A stretch of 64,000 bases of DNA from Auanema rhodensis. Lineage: Eukaryota > Animalia > Nematoda. The DNA lies in NCBI GenBank assembly GCA_964057225.1, contig OZ059897.1:7502001-7566000 (forward strand), read 5' to 3'. Of the stretch, positions 1 through 14,200 are shown piece after piece. How positions within the stretch are numbered: position 1 is the stretch's first letter; every line of letters begins with the position of its first letter. The translations under genes and the position numbers were made by a program. The notes under the pieces are model-generated. The model did no database searches, was not told where the DNA came from, and was given only the letters and a program-made list of their open reading frames with translations.

Positions 1-444
1 CAACTTTTGAAGTAACTGATAACAAGACCTAAGGTGGATATATAAAAAATAGAACAATTTCTTTCACACTACCTGATAAAGAATTAAGCTTGGTTGATTT
101 GTGATCGGGTAAACATTCGTACAATGGAAGAATATCCTTCAATGGATTTTCACAGCTCTCAAGAATACTATAAACAATGCTTTGTAGACGTTCTTCTTTA
201 ATTGTATCGTCTTCTTCGGCTATAAACACATCCTTAAATATTCCCATCATAATAATACTGAAGATGTTGAAGTGAATACCTTCAATAGTTTCCGTTGATT
301 ATCAACGATTGGATCACAGTATTCTAATTTTCTCAAAGCCATTTTTTCTTTTCTAGTTTTTGGCTTAGGGGGAGAATTTTCTTCTTGCCGTTGATTAGAA
401 ACATCATCAATAGTTTCGGTAAAAGAACTATTACCATGAGCCAT
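1..444 (-). CDS. mut-7: 5' part of an intron-containing gene, probable MUT-7/EXD3 3'-5' exonuclease homologue (runs off window start)
   Basis: ATG at 444. A 47-nt GT..AG intron (279-233) joins ORF 247..444 to ORF 29..250 in frame (..RKLLK|DVFIAEED..), and a second intron lies at about 28-72. The spliced peptide TRKEKMALRKLEYCDPI...LPDHKSTKLNSLS resembles the C. elegans MUT-7 N-terminus as recalled (TKAEKKAKYRTDYADPL...MPDRGKTSGQSLA). The exonuclease domain is not in the window. Confidence 0.5.
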
Positions 445-989
445 TAAAATAGCTTCTTAAATTAAAAAAACATTTTTGAAAGCATTAATGCTTTTTGTAA
501 ACGTCAAATTTGGGTAAAGCATTTAAAACAAAAGTAAACTAAATGTACAAAACACTTTCAATGACAAAAAATGTCAAAACGCGTAGTGACGAGGAAAACT
601 TTTTTTAAAAACTTTAAGTTTTATAATATTCATTAGAATTTAAAAGTACGCTTAACTTCGTATTCAGAATGTTATTTTGCGATGATATTAACTACAATAT
701 TCTATTTCATTGAAAAACGGTAATGATATTGTCAATTTAGATAATTTACCGTTCTTCACAACGAAAAATAATATTTAAGACGGTTAGCGGTTATCCGAGT
801 TCTCTAATCATTTTTATAAAATTTCGATATCTGTCATAGGAATGGTCGTAGATACAAACAACACACTGGGTCACGTACAAACATATCGTTGGTCACACAA
901 AGTATTTAATTTTTTTACGGCATAATTAATTTCCAACTATTTTTAATTTTTTGTTTCATTTACATTATTGTATTTAATAAAAGAAAGCA

Positions 990-995
990 TTTCAG
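990..995 (+). promoter_or_regulatory. Probable trans-splice acceptor (TTTCAG) 13 nt upstream of the TFIIS ATG
   Basis: Nematode consensus TTTCAG just before ATG 1009, downstream of an AT-rich outron-like stretch. Confidence 0.5.
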
Positions 996-1008
996 GCAGT
1001 TTTTAAAC

Positions 1009-2377
1009 ATGTCATGTGAAGCAGAAGTTCTAAGCATTGGTTGTAAATTGGATAAAATTTTATCAGGAAGTAAACCTGTGAGTGATTATACTATGAATAT
1101 TATATAGTGTTAGGATTATTCGATTTTTTAAAATCTCTTTTTTAATTAATGGTGACCGCACAACTACAGTAATTAAGTTATTTTATTAGTAATTATATTC
1201 TTCGATTAATTTATCCATGTTGTTTTTGCTATTTTGACGGTTATTTTTATACAATAATTTAAATGAATTTAAGGCTGAAGATGCATTGGAGTTATTAAAT
1301 GCTTTGAGTCGTTTGCCAATCACTCTAGAAGTATTGACAGTAAGCTAACAACTTTCGTAAACATTTTTATGAATTATTTTCAAGAATACTCAAATTGGAA
1401 AGAAACTCAATGAGTTTCGTAAAAAAACAAGCGATGATAAATTAGCTAAACTTGCCAAAAACTTGATCAAAGAATGGAAGAATCTCATTGACAAAAAAGA
1501 TAGTGGCGAAAAGGTATTTCTAACCCTACTTTTTAAATATTTTTATGTTCGATAGATGCCTCGAAACGACTCGACTGCTTCTAATCTTTCTTCAAAAAGT
1601 AAAGAAATTATTACCCCTAAAGAAAATAAAAAAGAAGACAAACCTCCTGTATCGCTTCCGTCAAGTTCGAATGGGGCTTTCCCACCCAAACATCTGATTA
1701 ATGATGATGTAAGAACTTTAGTGAGCTATGCACGTAATTTTAAAGTCTAATATAGGTTCGTGGCAAGTCCGCTCAAATGATTTTGAATGCTCTACGTTAT
1801 ACTGATTTACCTGATGGGACACATGACCCTGAAGGTTTAGCTGTTGAAATTGAACAAGCTTTATATGATGCAAGTTTGATCTTCAATTTTTTTTTCATTA
1901 TGAATTTTTGAAGACGCACAAAGGTACAAATGATAAATATAAAGCCGGTTTACGTAGTCGCGTTTTCAATCTGCGTGACAAAAAAAACACTGCTCTCAGG
2001 TAACTGTTGTATCAACTTTCACACCATACATTTACTTTAGAGAAAATGTTCTTACTGGCGTGATCAAGCCTATTAAATTGGCAATAATGACTAGTGAGGA
2101 AATGGCTTCTGATGACATTAAGCAACTTAGGGAAAAATTCAATCAAGAAGCAATCAACGAGTATCAGATGTCTGTTCAACAAGGTTTCTCAATATAGTAC
2201 TGATATTTATCTTATTAATTTTCTATTTGTTTAGGTACACCGTCTGACATGTTCAAATGTGGAAAGTGTAAGAAGAATAACTGTACATATACTCAACTTC
2301 AAACTAGATCTTCTGATGAACCTATGACTACATTTGTTTTCTGTTTAGAATGTGGTAATAGGTGGAAATTCTGCTAG
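1009..2377 (+). CDS. TCEA1: Transcription elongation factor TFIIS (TCEA), multi-exon
   Basis: Spliced exons give [18 protein letters not shown]..., the LW domain ([11 protein letters not shown]), the central domain ([31 protein letters not shown]) and the zinc ribbon [41 protein letters not shown]. Stop TAG at 2375-2377. Confidence 0.97.
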
Positions 2378-2765
2378 GTTGTCGTTTGTTATATTTGATC
2401 CCAATTGTATAGTTTCCTGATACCTCTGTCCCACCTAAGTAGGCAAATTGCCTTCGCGTTTCTCCCGTTGCCCTCTATGATCTTTTGTTATTCCTTATAT
2501 ATCTCAGTTACCCTAACTTGACAGTACTTGATGATGGATTAATATTTCACATGATATTTGCTATCAAACTAAGGAAGTAGTAATAACACATTATGTCTAT
2601 TCGACCTGTTCCTGTTAAGGTTATGATTTGTTTTGAACTGTCTCATGGATATATTCTTTAATTGTTAATAATGGATATTACATTTTTTTACTTCAACGAA
2701 TTTTGTCAGTTATCTCTGATTTGTTACCTTGAACTTTACTGAATTATTCTTATAGTTATATTCAG

Positions 2766-5188
2766 ATGACATCCGAGGCTGGGGGTGTTTACCAGTGCAT
2801 TTCTGATCTTGTTAGGGTGGATGACACTGGTGATTATCAGAAGGCTTTGCAAGTCACTAACAAACGTATGTTATCGTATATTATTTAGCAAAAAAAAATT
2901 CCAGTTATTCGACGTTATCCCAAGGAAACCTATGCTCATAAATGTAAGGTTATTGCCCTTATCCAGCTTGGACAGTATGACGACGCACTTGCTATTATTA
3001 AAAAAGTTCCCAGTCATCAAATGGGTGAAATTGGATTTGAAAAGGGATACATTCTCTACAGAATGGGGAAAATTGAGGAGGCTTCAGAAGCTTTATCTGG
3101 GGTCCCTGACAATGCCCGTGTTCAAGAATTAAAGGCCCAGATATATTATAAGCTAGAACGGTTCCAGGTATAATGTATAATAGTTTTTTTAAATTTAGAT
3201 CTATTAATTTAGGAAGCTCATGATGTATATTTGAGTCTTTTAAAAAACCATACCGATGACTACGATGATGAAAGAAAAGCAAATTTCGTAGCTGTTCAAG
3301 CTCAACTTGAGGCTCAAGGGAGCCCACAGGTATGATGCTTATATGTTTTGGTTTTAATATATATATTTTTTTTTAGAAAATGTCAGCTGGTCTTGAAACT
3401 TATGAACAGCTATATAACGCTGCTTGCCATCAAATTGAGAGAGAAGACTGGAAAACTGCTCTCGATTTGATCGAAAAAGCTCTTAGTGCGTTGTACTTTC
3501 TTCGAATTGATTTAATTTTTATAATTAGAAACTGCCAGCAACGATTTCGAAGCTGATGGTCTGACTGAAGAAGAATGCGAAGAAGAACTGAGCATTATCA
3601 ATGTTCAGAAAGCGTTTATTCTCTTGAAATTAGATAGAAAGGCCGAAGCCGTTCAATTATTCCAAGCTGTTCGTGATACCAAGTGAGATATTAACCCTTT
3701 CCGTGTTTAATTTTATCTTATTAGCCCTACTGATGTAAGCGTTCAAGCTGTACTTGTTAACAGCATTCCCTGTTCATCCGATGAGGTAAACTTAGCCGAT
3801 GCTCGCAAGAAATTCAAGTTCGCATTACATCTCGATCAATCTAAACTTTCTAGAAAACAACGTTATACTTTGATGCTCAATAATGTAAGTTTTAGCATCA
3901 TCTATCAACGTAATGAAATTGTTTACAGGCTATTATTCTTTTACTATCCAATCAAAGGGAGCCTTGTAGACGTTCACTTGCTGATTTAGTTGAACGCTTC
4001 GGAAAAAACAAAGATTCCCGACTTATTGAAGCATCTTTACTTGTAAAGATGAATGAAATTGATAAGGCTGTTGAAGTGAGTATCTTACGGACTATTAAAA
4101 GTTCTATGAAACTTTACAGGCATTAGAGGGGGATGATGATGATACATTGTTGACCAAAGTTCATATATTGCTCAACAACGGACGTATTGATGACGCTCTA
4201 GCTGCTCTTAATAGCCTTCCAACTGCATTAAAATCTAAACCAGGAGTAGCTAGTCTGATAGTTAGTTGTCTCATAGCTACAAATAAGCATGATGAGGCTG
4301 CCAGAGTATGATTGAGTAATTAAAATTGGAAAATATGGTTTATTATTATAGGAATTGGAGTTTGCTCTTCAGAACACCAAAGAAATCTCTGTTCGACATG
4401 TAATTTTGGATGAAGCTGCAAAGCTCAGTATTTCTCAAGGAAGATCTGACGATGCGGTTAAATATTTGAAGCAGTTGGCTGAGTAATATATATTTTATAT
4501 CTCTTATTAACCAAATACTTACAGTATGGCTCCAGAAGATATTACCATTCAGTGTCGTCTTATCTTGGCCTATTCAGAGGTTGATCCGAAGAAGGCTGAG
4601 CAACTCAGCGCAAAGGCTTGTCGAACAATGTTGCCTTAAATTATTGAACTGTTACAGATTTTCCCAGATGATGGCTCTGTTGGTATTAATGTGGAAGAGT
4701 TAGAAGAGAGCGATTGGATTTTATATGGTGAAAAATATCGACAGAAGAAAGAAACAAAAATGGAAGTTGAAGACAGCGTAAGTGCTCAGCTCAAAAATCC
4801 GGGATTTTTGAAAAAATTTTTCTAGGAAATTATTACTCGTAAACTCAAGAACAGAAAACGCAAAAGAAAGATTCGCTTACCTAAGACCTATGATCCTGAA
4901 GTTCCTCCTGATCCTGAAAGATGGTTGCCCAGACAGGAACGAGCTGCTTATAAGAAGAAGTTCAAGAAGAATAGAGATAGGGATATTGGACGAGGAACTC
5001 AAGGAGCTGCCAACGCCAATCCCAACGTGTATGTTTTAGTTTGTAATGTTATGCAAGCATTTCCATTCAGAGAGTTCTCCTCTAATTCACCGGCGTCACC
5101 TCGCCCTGTTCCTGCACCTGTCGCAGAAGGTCCACGTCAAATGAGACCAAAACAACAAAAAGCTAAAAAGAAGAAAACCAAATTTTAA
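2766..5188 (+). CDS. srpa-72: Signal recognition particle subunit SRP72, multi-exon
   Basis: ATG directly after ATTCAG. N-terminus MTSEAGGVYQCISDLVRVDDTGDYQKAL.., TPR-like exons (FEKGYILYR, TYEQLYNAAC), and the C-terminal SRP RNA-binding motif RKRKIRLPKTYDPEVPPDPERWLPRQERAAY..GRGTQG. Ends QKAKKKKTKF*. Confidence 0.96.
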
Positions 5189-5297
5189 AGCGTTGTTATT
5201 AATTTATTTTAATGTGGTTGTTTTGGGATATAGTGATAAATTTATAATTTCGTTGTTGTTTTTAAGATGATTAATCCTATTTTCTTGCGCTAAGTCA

Positions 5298-8200
5298 CCT
5301 ACGGGGCTAATTTTTTACTTTCTAACATGTAGAACTTAATTTTCTTAGCTTGTTTAAACTTTTATTTATTCCAGAATCTTGAATTTTTCTTCAAATATAG
5401 ATCTTTTTGAAGTAAATTTAGAAGTAAATATACTATTGTATGAGGAAGTACTTCATTATTTTTATGAAGTTAGGAGGATGTGTAGCCTCGTTAGCTCAGC
5501 TGGTAGAGCGTTAGACTTTTAATCTAACGGTCAGGGGTTCGAGCCCCCTACGGGGCTAATTTTTTACATTCTATTGTCCCGAATATGTAGAACTTAATTT
5601 GCTTAGCTTGTTTAAATTTTTATTTATTCCGGAATCTTGAATTTTTCTTCAAATATAGATCTTTTTGAAGTAAATTTAGAAGTAAATATACTATTGTATG
5701 AGGAAGTACTTCATTATTTTTATGAAGTTAGGAGGATGTGTAGCCTCGTTAGCTCAGCTGGTAGAGCGTTAGACTTTTAATCTAACGGTCAGGGATTCGA
5801 GCCCCCTACGGGGCTAATTTTCTACATTCTATCTGTCTCGAATATGTAGAACTTAATTTTCTTAGCTTGTTTAAACTTTTATTTATTCCAGAATCTTGAA
5901 TTTTTCTTGAAATATAGATCTTTTTGAAGTAAATTTAGAAGTAAATATACTATTGTATGAGTAGGTTCTTCATTAATTTTATGAAGTTAGGAGGATGTGT
6001 AGCCTCGTTAGCTCAGCTGGTAGAGCGTTAGACTTTTAATCTAACGGTCAGGGGTTCGAGCCTCCTACGGGGCTAATTTTTTACATTCTATTGTCCCGAA
6101 TATGTAGAACTTAATTTGCTTAGCTTGTTTAAATTTTTATTTATTTTTGAGAATCTTGAATTTTTCTTCAAATATAGATCTTTTTGAATTAAATTTAGAA
6201 GTAAATATACTATTGTATGAGGAAGTACTTCATTATTTTTATGAAATGGTGGCGATATGTAGCCTCGTTAGCTCAGCTGGTAGAGCGTTAGACTTTTAAT
6301 CTAACGGTCAGGGGTTCGAGCCCCCTACGGGGCTAATTTTTTACATTCTATTGTCCCGAATATGTAGAACTTAATTTGCTTAGCTTGTTTAAATTTTTAT
6401 TTATTTTTGAGAATCTTGAATTTTTCTTCAAATATAGATCTTTTTGAATTAAATTTAGAAGTAAATATACTATTGTATGAGTAGGTTCTTCATTAATTTT
6501 ATGAAGTTAGGAGGATGTGTAGCCTCGTTAGCTCAGCTGGTAGAGCGTTAGACTTTTAATCTAACGGTCAGGGGTTCGAGCCCCCTACGGGGCTAATTTT
6601 TTACATTCTATTGTCCCGAATATGTAGAACTTAATTTGCTTAGCTTGTTTAAATTTTTATTTATTTTTGAGAATCTTGAATTTTTCTTCAAATATAGATC
6701 TTTTTGAATTAAATTTAGAAGTAAATATACTATTGTATGAGGAAGTACTTCATTATTTTTATGAAATGGTGGCGATATGTAGCCTCGTTAGCTCAGCTGG
6801 TAGAGCGTTAGACTTTTAATCTAACGGTCAGGGGTTCGAGCCCCCTACGGGGCTAATTTTCTACATTCTATCTGTCTGGAATATGTAGAACTTAATTTTC
6901 TTAGCTTGTTTAAACTTTTATTTATTCCAGAATCTTGAATTTTTCTTGAAATATAGATCTTTTTGAAGTAAATTTAGAAGTACATATAATATTGTATGAG
7001 GAAGTACTTCATTAATTTTATGAAATGGTGGCGATATGTAGCCTCGTTAGCTCAGCTGGTAGAGCGTTAGACTTTTAATCTAACGGTCAGGGGTTCGAGC
7101 CCCCTACGGGGCTAATTTTCTACATTCTATCTGTCTCGAATATGTAGAACTTAATTTTCTTAGCTTGTTTAAACTTTTATTTATTCCAGAATCTTGAATT
7201 TTTCTTGAAATATAGATCTTTTTGAAGTAAATTTAGAAGTAAATATAATATTGTATGAGGAAGAATTTCATTATTTTTATGAAGTTAGGAAGATGTGTAG
7301 CCTCGTTAGCTCAGCTGGTAGAGCGTTAGACTTTTAATCTAACGGTCAGGGGTTCGAGCCCCCTACGGGGCTAATTTTTTACATTCTATCTGTCCCGAAT
7401 ATGTAGAACTTTATTTGCTTAGCTTGTTTAAACTTTTATTTATTCCAGAATCTTGAATTTTTCTTCAAATATAGATCTTTTTGAATTAAATTTAGAAGTA
7501 AATATACTATTGTATGAGGAAGTACTTCATTATTTTTATGAAATGGTGGCGATATGTAGCCTCGTTAGCTCAGCTGGTAGAGCGTTAGACTTTTAATCTA
7601 ACGGTCAGGGGTTCGAGCCCCCTACGGGGCTAATTTTCTACATTCTATCTGTCTCGAATATGTAGAACTTTATTTGCTTAGCTTGTTTAAACTTTTATTT
7701 ATTCCAGAATCTTGAATTTTTCTTCAAATATAGATCTTTTTGAATTAAATTTAGAAGTAAATATACTATTGTATGAGTAGGTTCTTCTTTAATTTTATGA
7801 AGTTAGGAGGATGTGTAGCCTTGTTAGCTCAGCTGGTAGAGCGTAAGACTTTTAATCTAACGGTCAGGGGTTCGCGCCCCCTACGGGGCTAATTTTTTAC
7901 ATTCTATTGTCCCGAATATGTAGAACTTAATTTGCTTAGCTTGTTTAAATTTTTATTTCTTTTTGAGAATCTTGAATTCTTCTTCAAATATAGATCTTTT
8001 TGAATTAAATTTAGAAGTAAATATACTATTGTATGAGGAAGTACTTCATTATTTTTATGAAATGGTGGCGATATGTAGCCTCGTTAGCTCAGCTGGTAGA
8101 GCGTTAGACTTTTAATCTAACGGTCAAGGGTTCGAGCCCCCTACGGGGCTAATTTTTTACATTCTATTGTCCCGAATATGTAGAACTTAATTTGCTTAGC

Positions 8201-11200
8201 TTGTTTAAATTTTTATTTCTTTTTGAGAATCTTGAATTTTTCTTCAAATATAGATCTTTTTGAATTAAATTTAGAAGTAAATATACTATTGTATGAGGAA
8301 GTACTTCATTATTTTTATGAAATGGTGGCGATATGTAGCCTCGTTAGCTCAGCTGGTAGAGCGTTAGACTTTTAATCTAACGGTCAAGGGTTCGAGCCCC
8401 CTACGGGGCTAATTTTTTACATTCTATTGTCCCGAATATGTAGAACTTAATTTGCTTAGCTTGTTTAAATTTTTATTTCTTTTTGAGAATCTTGAATTCT
8501 TCTTCAAATATAGATCTTTTTGAATTAAATTTAGAAGTAAATATACTATTGTATGAGTAGGTTCTTCTTTAATTTTATGAAGTTAGGAGGATGTGTAGCC
8601 TTGTTAGCTCAGCTGGTAGAGCGTAAGACTTTTAATCTAACGGTCAGGGGTTCGCGCCCCCTACGGGGCTAATTTTTTACATTCTATTGTCCCGAATATG
8701 TAGAACTTAATTTGCTTAGCTTGTTTAAATTTTTATTTCTTTTTGAGAATCTTGAATTCTTCTTCAAATATAGATCTTTTTGAATTAAATTTAGAAGTAA
8801 ATATACTATTGTATGAGGAAGTACTTCATTATTTTTATGAAATGGTGGCGATATGTAGCCTCGTTAGCTCAGCTGGTAGAGCGTTAGACTTTTAATCTAA
8901 CGGTCAGGGGTTCGAGCCCCCTACGGGGCTAATTTTTTACATTCTATCTGTCCCGAATATGTAGAACTTAATTTTCTTAGCTTGTTTAAACTTTTATTTA
9001 TTCCAGAATCTTGAATTTTTCTTCAAATATAGATCTTTTTGAATTAAATTTAGAAGTAAATATAATATTGTATGAGGAAGAATTTCATTAATTTTATGAA
9101 ATGGTGGCGATATGTAGCCTCGTTAGCTCAGCTGGTAGAGCGTTAGACTTTTAATCTAACGGTCAGGGGTGCAGCCTACGGGGCTAATTTTTTACATTCT
9201 ATCTGTCCCGAATATGTAGAACTTAATTTTCTTAGCTTGTTTAAACTTTTATTTATTCCAGAATCTTGAATTTTTCTTCAAATATAGATCTTTTTGAAGT
9301 AAATTTAGAAGTAAATATACTATTGTATGAGGAAGTACTTCATTAATTTTATGAAATGGTGGCGATATGTAGCCTCGTTAGCTCAGCTGGTAGAGCGTTA
9401 GACTTTTAATCTAACGGTCAGGGGTGCAGCCTACGGGGCTAATTTTTTACATTCTATCTGTCCCGAATATGTAGAACTTAATTTTCTTAGCTTGTTTAAA
9501 CTTTTATTTATTCCAGAATCTTGAATTTTTCTTCAAATATAGATCTTTTTGAATTAAATTTAGAAGTAAATATACTATTGTATGAGGAAGTACTTCATTA
9601 TTTTTATGAAATGGTGGCGATATGTAGCCTCGTTAGCTCAGCTGGTAGAGCGTTAGACTTTTAATCTAACGGTCAGGGGTTCGAGCCCCCTACGGGGCTA
9701 ATTTTTTACATTCTATCTGTCCCGAATATGTAGAACTTAATTTTCTTAGCTTGTTTAAACTTTTATTTATTCCAGAATCTTGTATTTTTCTTCAAATATA
9801 GATCTTTTTGAAGTAAATTTAGAAGTAAATATACTATTGTATGAGGAAGTACTTCATTAATTTTATGAAATGGTGGCGATATGTAGCCTCGTTAGCTCAG
9901 CTGGTAGAGCGTTAGACTTTTAATCTAACGGTCAGGGGTGCAGCCTACGGGGCTAATTTTTTACATTCTATCTGTCCCGAATATGTAGAACTTAATTTTC
10001 TTAGCTTGTTTAAACTTTTATTTATTCCAGAATCTTGAATTTTTCTTCAAATATAGATCTTTTTGAATTAAATTTAGAAGTAAATATAATATTGTATGAG
10101 GAAGAATTTCATTAATTTTATGAAATGGTGGCGATATGTAGCCTCGTTAGCTCAGCTGGTAGAGCGTTAGACTTTTAATCTAACGGTCAGGGGTTCGAGC
10201 CCCCTACGGGGCTAATTTTTTACATTCTATCTGTCCCGAATATGTAGAACTTAATTTTCTTAGCTTGTTTAAACTTTTATTTATTCCAGAATCTTGAATT
10301 TTTCTTCAAATATAGATCTTTTTGAAGTAAATTTAGAAGTAAATATACTATTGTATGAGGAAGTACTTCATTAATTTTATGAAATGGTGGCGATATGTAG
10401 CCTCGTTAGCTCAGCTGGTAGAGCGTTAGACTTTTAATCTAACGGTCAGGGGTTCGAGCCCCCTACGGGGCTAATTTTTTACATTCTATCTGTCCCGAAT
10501 ATGTAGAACTTAATTTTCTTAGCTTGTTTAAACTTTTATTTATTCCAGAATCTTGAATTTTTCTTCAAATATAGATCTTTTTGAATTAAATTTAGAAGTA
10601 AATATAATATTGTATGAGGAAGAATTTCATTAATTTTATGAAATGGTGGCGATATGTAGCCTCGTTAGCTCAGCTGGTAGAGCGTTAGACTTTTAATCTA
10701 ACGGTCAGGGGTTCGAGCCCCCTACGGGGCTAATTTTTACATTCTATCTGTCCCGAATATGTAGAACTTAATTTTCTTAGCTTGTTTAAACTTTTATTTA
10801 TTCCAGAATCTTGAATTTTTCTTCAAATATAGATCTTTTTGAATTAAATTTAGAAGTAAATATAATATTGTATGAGGAAGTACTTCATTATTTTTATGAA
10901 ATGGTGGCGATATGTAGCCTCGTTAGCTCAGCTGGTAGAGCGTTAGACTTTTAATCTAACGGTCAGGGGTTCGAGCCCCCTACGGGGCTAATTTTTTACA
11001 TTCTATCTGTCCCGAACATGTAAAACTTAATTTTCTTACCTTGTTTAAACTTTTATTTATTCCAGAATCTTGAATTTTTCTTCAAATAAAGATCTTTTTG
11101 AATTAAATTTAGAAGTAAATATAATATTGTATGAGTAGGTTCTTCATTAATTTTATGAAATGGTGGCGATATGTAGCCTCGTTAGCTCAGCTGGTAAAGC

Positions 11201-14200
11201 GTTAGACTTTTAGTCTAACGGTCAGGGGTTCGAGCCCCCTACGGGGCTAATTTTTTACATTCTATCTGTCCCGAATATGTAGAACTTTATTTGCTTAGCT
11301 TGTTTAAACTTTTATTTATTCCAGAATCTTGAATTTTTCTTCAAATATAGATCTTTTTGAATTAAATTTAGAAGTAAATATACTATTGTATGAGTAGGTT
11401 CTTCATTAATTTTATGAAGTTAGGAGGATGTGTAGCCTCGTTAGCTCAGCTGGTAGAGCGTTAGACTTTTAATCTAACGGTCAGGGGTTCGAGCCCCCTA
11501 CGGGGCTAATTTTTTACATTCTATCTGTCCCGAATATGTAGAACTTTATTTGCTTAGCTTGTTTAAACTTTTATTTATTCCAGAATCTTGAATTTTTCTT
11601 CAAATATAGATCTTTTTGAATTAAATTTAGAAGTAAATATACTATTGTATGAGTAGGTTCTTCATTAATTTTATGAAATGGTGGCGATATGTAGCCTCGT
11701 TAGCTCAGCTGGTAAAGCGTTAGACTTTTAGTCTAACGGTCAGGGGTTCGAGCCCCCTACGGGGCTAATTTTTTACATTCTATCTGTCCCGAATATGTAG
11801 AACTTTATTTGCTTAGCTTGTTTAAACTTTTATTTATTCCAGAATCTTGAATTTTTCTTCAAATATAGATCTTTTTGAATTAAATTTAGAAGTAAATATA
11901 CTATTGTATGAGTAGGTTCTTCATTAATTTTATGAAGTTAGGAGGATGTGTAGCCTCGTTAGCTCAGCTGGTAGAGCGTTAGACTTTTAATCTAACGGTC
12001 AGGGGTTCGACCCCCCTACGGGGCTAATTTTTTACATTCTATCTGTCCCGAACATGTAAAACTTAATTTTCTTACCTTGTTTAAACTTTTATTTATTCCA
12101 GAATCTTGAATTTTTCTTCAAATATAGATCTTTTTGAATTAAATTTAGAAGTAAATATACTATTGTATGAGTAGGTTCTTCATTAATTTTATGAAGTTAG
12201 GAGGATGTGTAGCCTCGTTAGCTCAGCTGGTAGAGCGTTAGACTTTTAATCTAACGGTCAGGGGTTCGAGCCCCCTACGGGGCTAATTTTTTACATTCTA
12301 TCTGTCCCGAATATGTAGAACTTAATTTTCTTAGCTTGTTTAAACTTTTATTTATTCCAGAATCTTGAATTTTTCTTCAAATATAGATCTTTTTGAATTA
12401 AATTTAGAAGTAAATATAATATTGTATGAGGAAGAATTTCATTAATTTTATGAAATGGTGGCGATATGTAGCCTCGTTAGCTCAGCTGGTAGAGCGTTAG
12501 ACTTTTAATCTAACGGTCAGGGGTTCGAGCCCCCTACGGGGCTAATTTTTTACATTCTATTGTCCCGAATATGTAGAACTCAATTTGCTTAGCTTGTTTA
12601 AATTTTTATTTCTTTTTGAGAATCTTGAATTTTTCTTCAAATATAGATCTTTTTGAATTAAATTTAGAAGTAAATATACTATTGTATGAGTAGGTTCTTC
12701 ATTAATTTTATGAAGTTAGGAGGATGTGTAGCCTCGTTAGCTCAGCTGGTAGAGCGTTAGACTTTTAATCTAACGGTCAGGGGTTCGAGCCCCCTACGGG
12801 GCTAATTTTTTACATTCTATTGTCCCGAATATGTAGAACTTAATTTTCTTAGCTTGTTTAAACTTTTATTTATTCCAGAATCTTGAATTTTTCTTCAAAT
12901 ATAGATCTTTTTGAATTAAATTTAGAAGTAAATATAATATTGTATGAGTAGGTTCTTCATTAATTTTATGAAGTTAGGAGGATGTGTAGCCTCGTTAGCT
13001 CAGCTGGTAGAGCGTTAGACTTTTAATCTAACGGTCAGGGGTTCGAGCCCCCTACGGGGCTAATTTTTTACATTCTATCTGTCCCGAACATGTAAAACTT
13101 AATTTTCTTACCTTGTTTAAACTTTTATTTATTCCAGAATCTTGAATTTTTCTTCAAATATAGATCTTTTTGAATTAAATTTAGAAGTAAATATACTATT
13201 GTATGAGTAGGTTCTTCATTAATTTTATGAAGTTAGGAGGATGTGTAGCCTCGTTAGCTCAGCTGGTAGAGCGTTAGACTTTTAATCTAACGGTCAGGGG
13301 TTCGAGCCCCCTACGGGGCTAATTTTTTACATTCTATCTGTCCCGAATATGTAGAACTTAATTTTCTTAGCTTGTTTAAACTTTTATTTATTCCAGAATC
13401 TTGAATTTTTCTTCAAATATAGATCTTTTTGAATTAAATTTAGAAGTAAATATAATATTGTATGAGGAAGAATTTCATTAATTTTATGAAATGGTGGCGA
13501 TATGTAGCCTCGTTAGCTCAGCTGGTAGAGCGTTAGACTTTTAATCTAACGGTCAGGGGTTCGAGCCCCCTACGGGGCTAATTTTTACATTCTATCTGTC
13601 CCGAATATGTAGAACTTAATTTTCTTAGCTTGTTTAAACTTTTATTTATTCCAGAATCTTGAATTTTTCTTCAAATATAGATCTTTTTGAATTAAATTTA
13701 GAAGTAAATATAATATTGTATGAGGAAGTACTTCATTATTTTTATGAAATGGTGGCGATATGTAGCCTCGTTAGCTCAGCTGGTAGAGCGTTAGACTTTT
13801 AATCTAACGGTCAGGGGTTCGAGCCCCCTACGGGGCTAATTTTTTACATTCTATCTGTCCCGAACATGTAAAACTTAATTTTCTTACCTTGTTTAAACTT
13901 TTATTTATTCCAGAATCTTGAATTTTTCTTCAAATATAGATCTTTTTGAATTAAATTTAGAAGTAAATATAATATTGTATGAGGAAGAATTTCATTATTT
14001 TTATGAAGTTAGGAAGATGTGTAGCCTCGTTAGCTCAGCTGGTAGAGCGTTAGACTTTTAATCTAACGGTCAGGGGTTCGAGCCCCCTACGGGGCTAATT
14101 TTTTACATTCTATCTGTCCCGAATATGTAAAACTTAATTTTCTTACCTTGTTTAAACTTTTATTTATTCCAGAATCTTGAATTTTTCTTCAAATATAGAT

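Noticed and set aside
2785-3327. ORFs 2785..3132 (+) and 2998..3327 (-)
   Set aside because: Off-frame and antisense readings over SRP72 exons and introns
5557-5557. U73 discriminator as a sign of recoded tRNA identity
   Set aside because: Eukaryotic tRNA-Lys discriminators vary, and the anticodon and arms are normal
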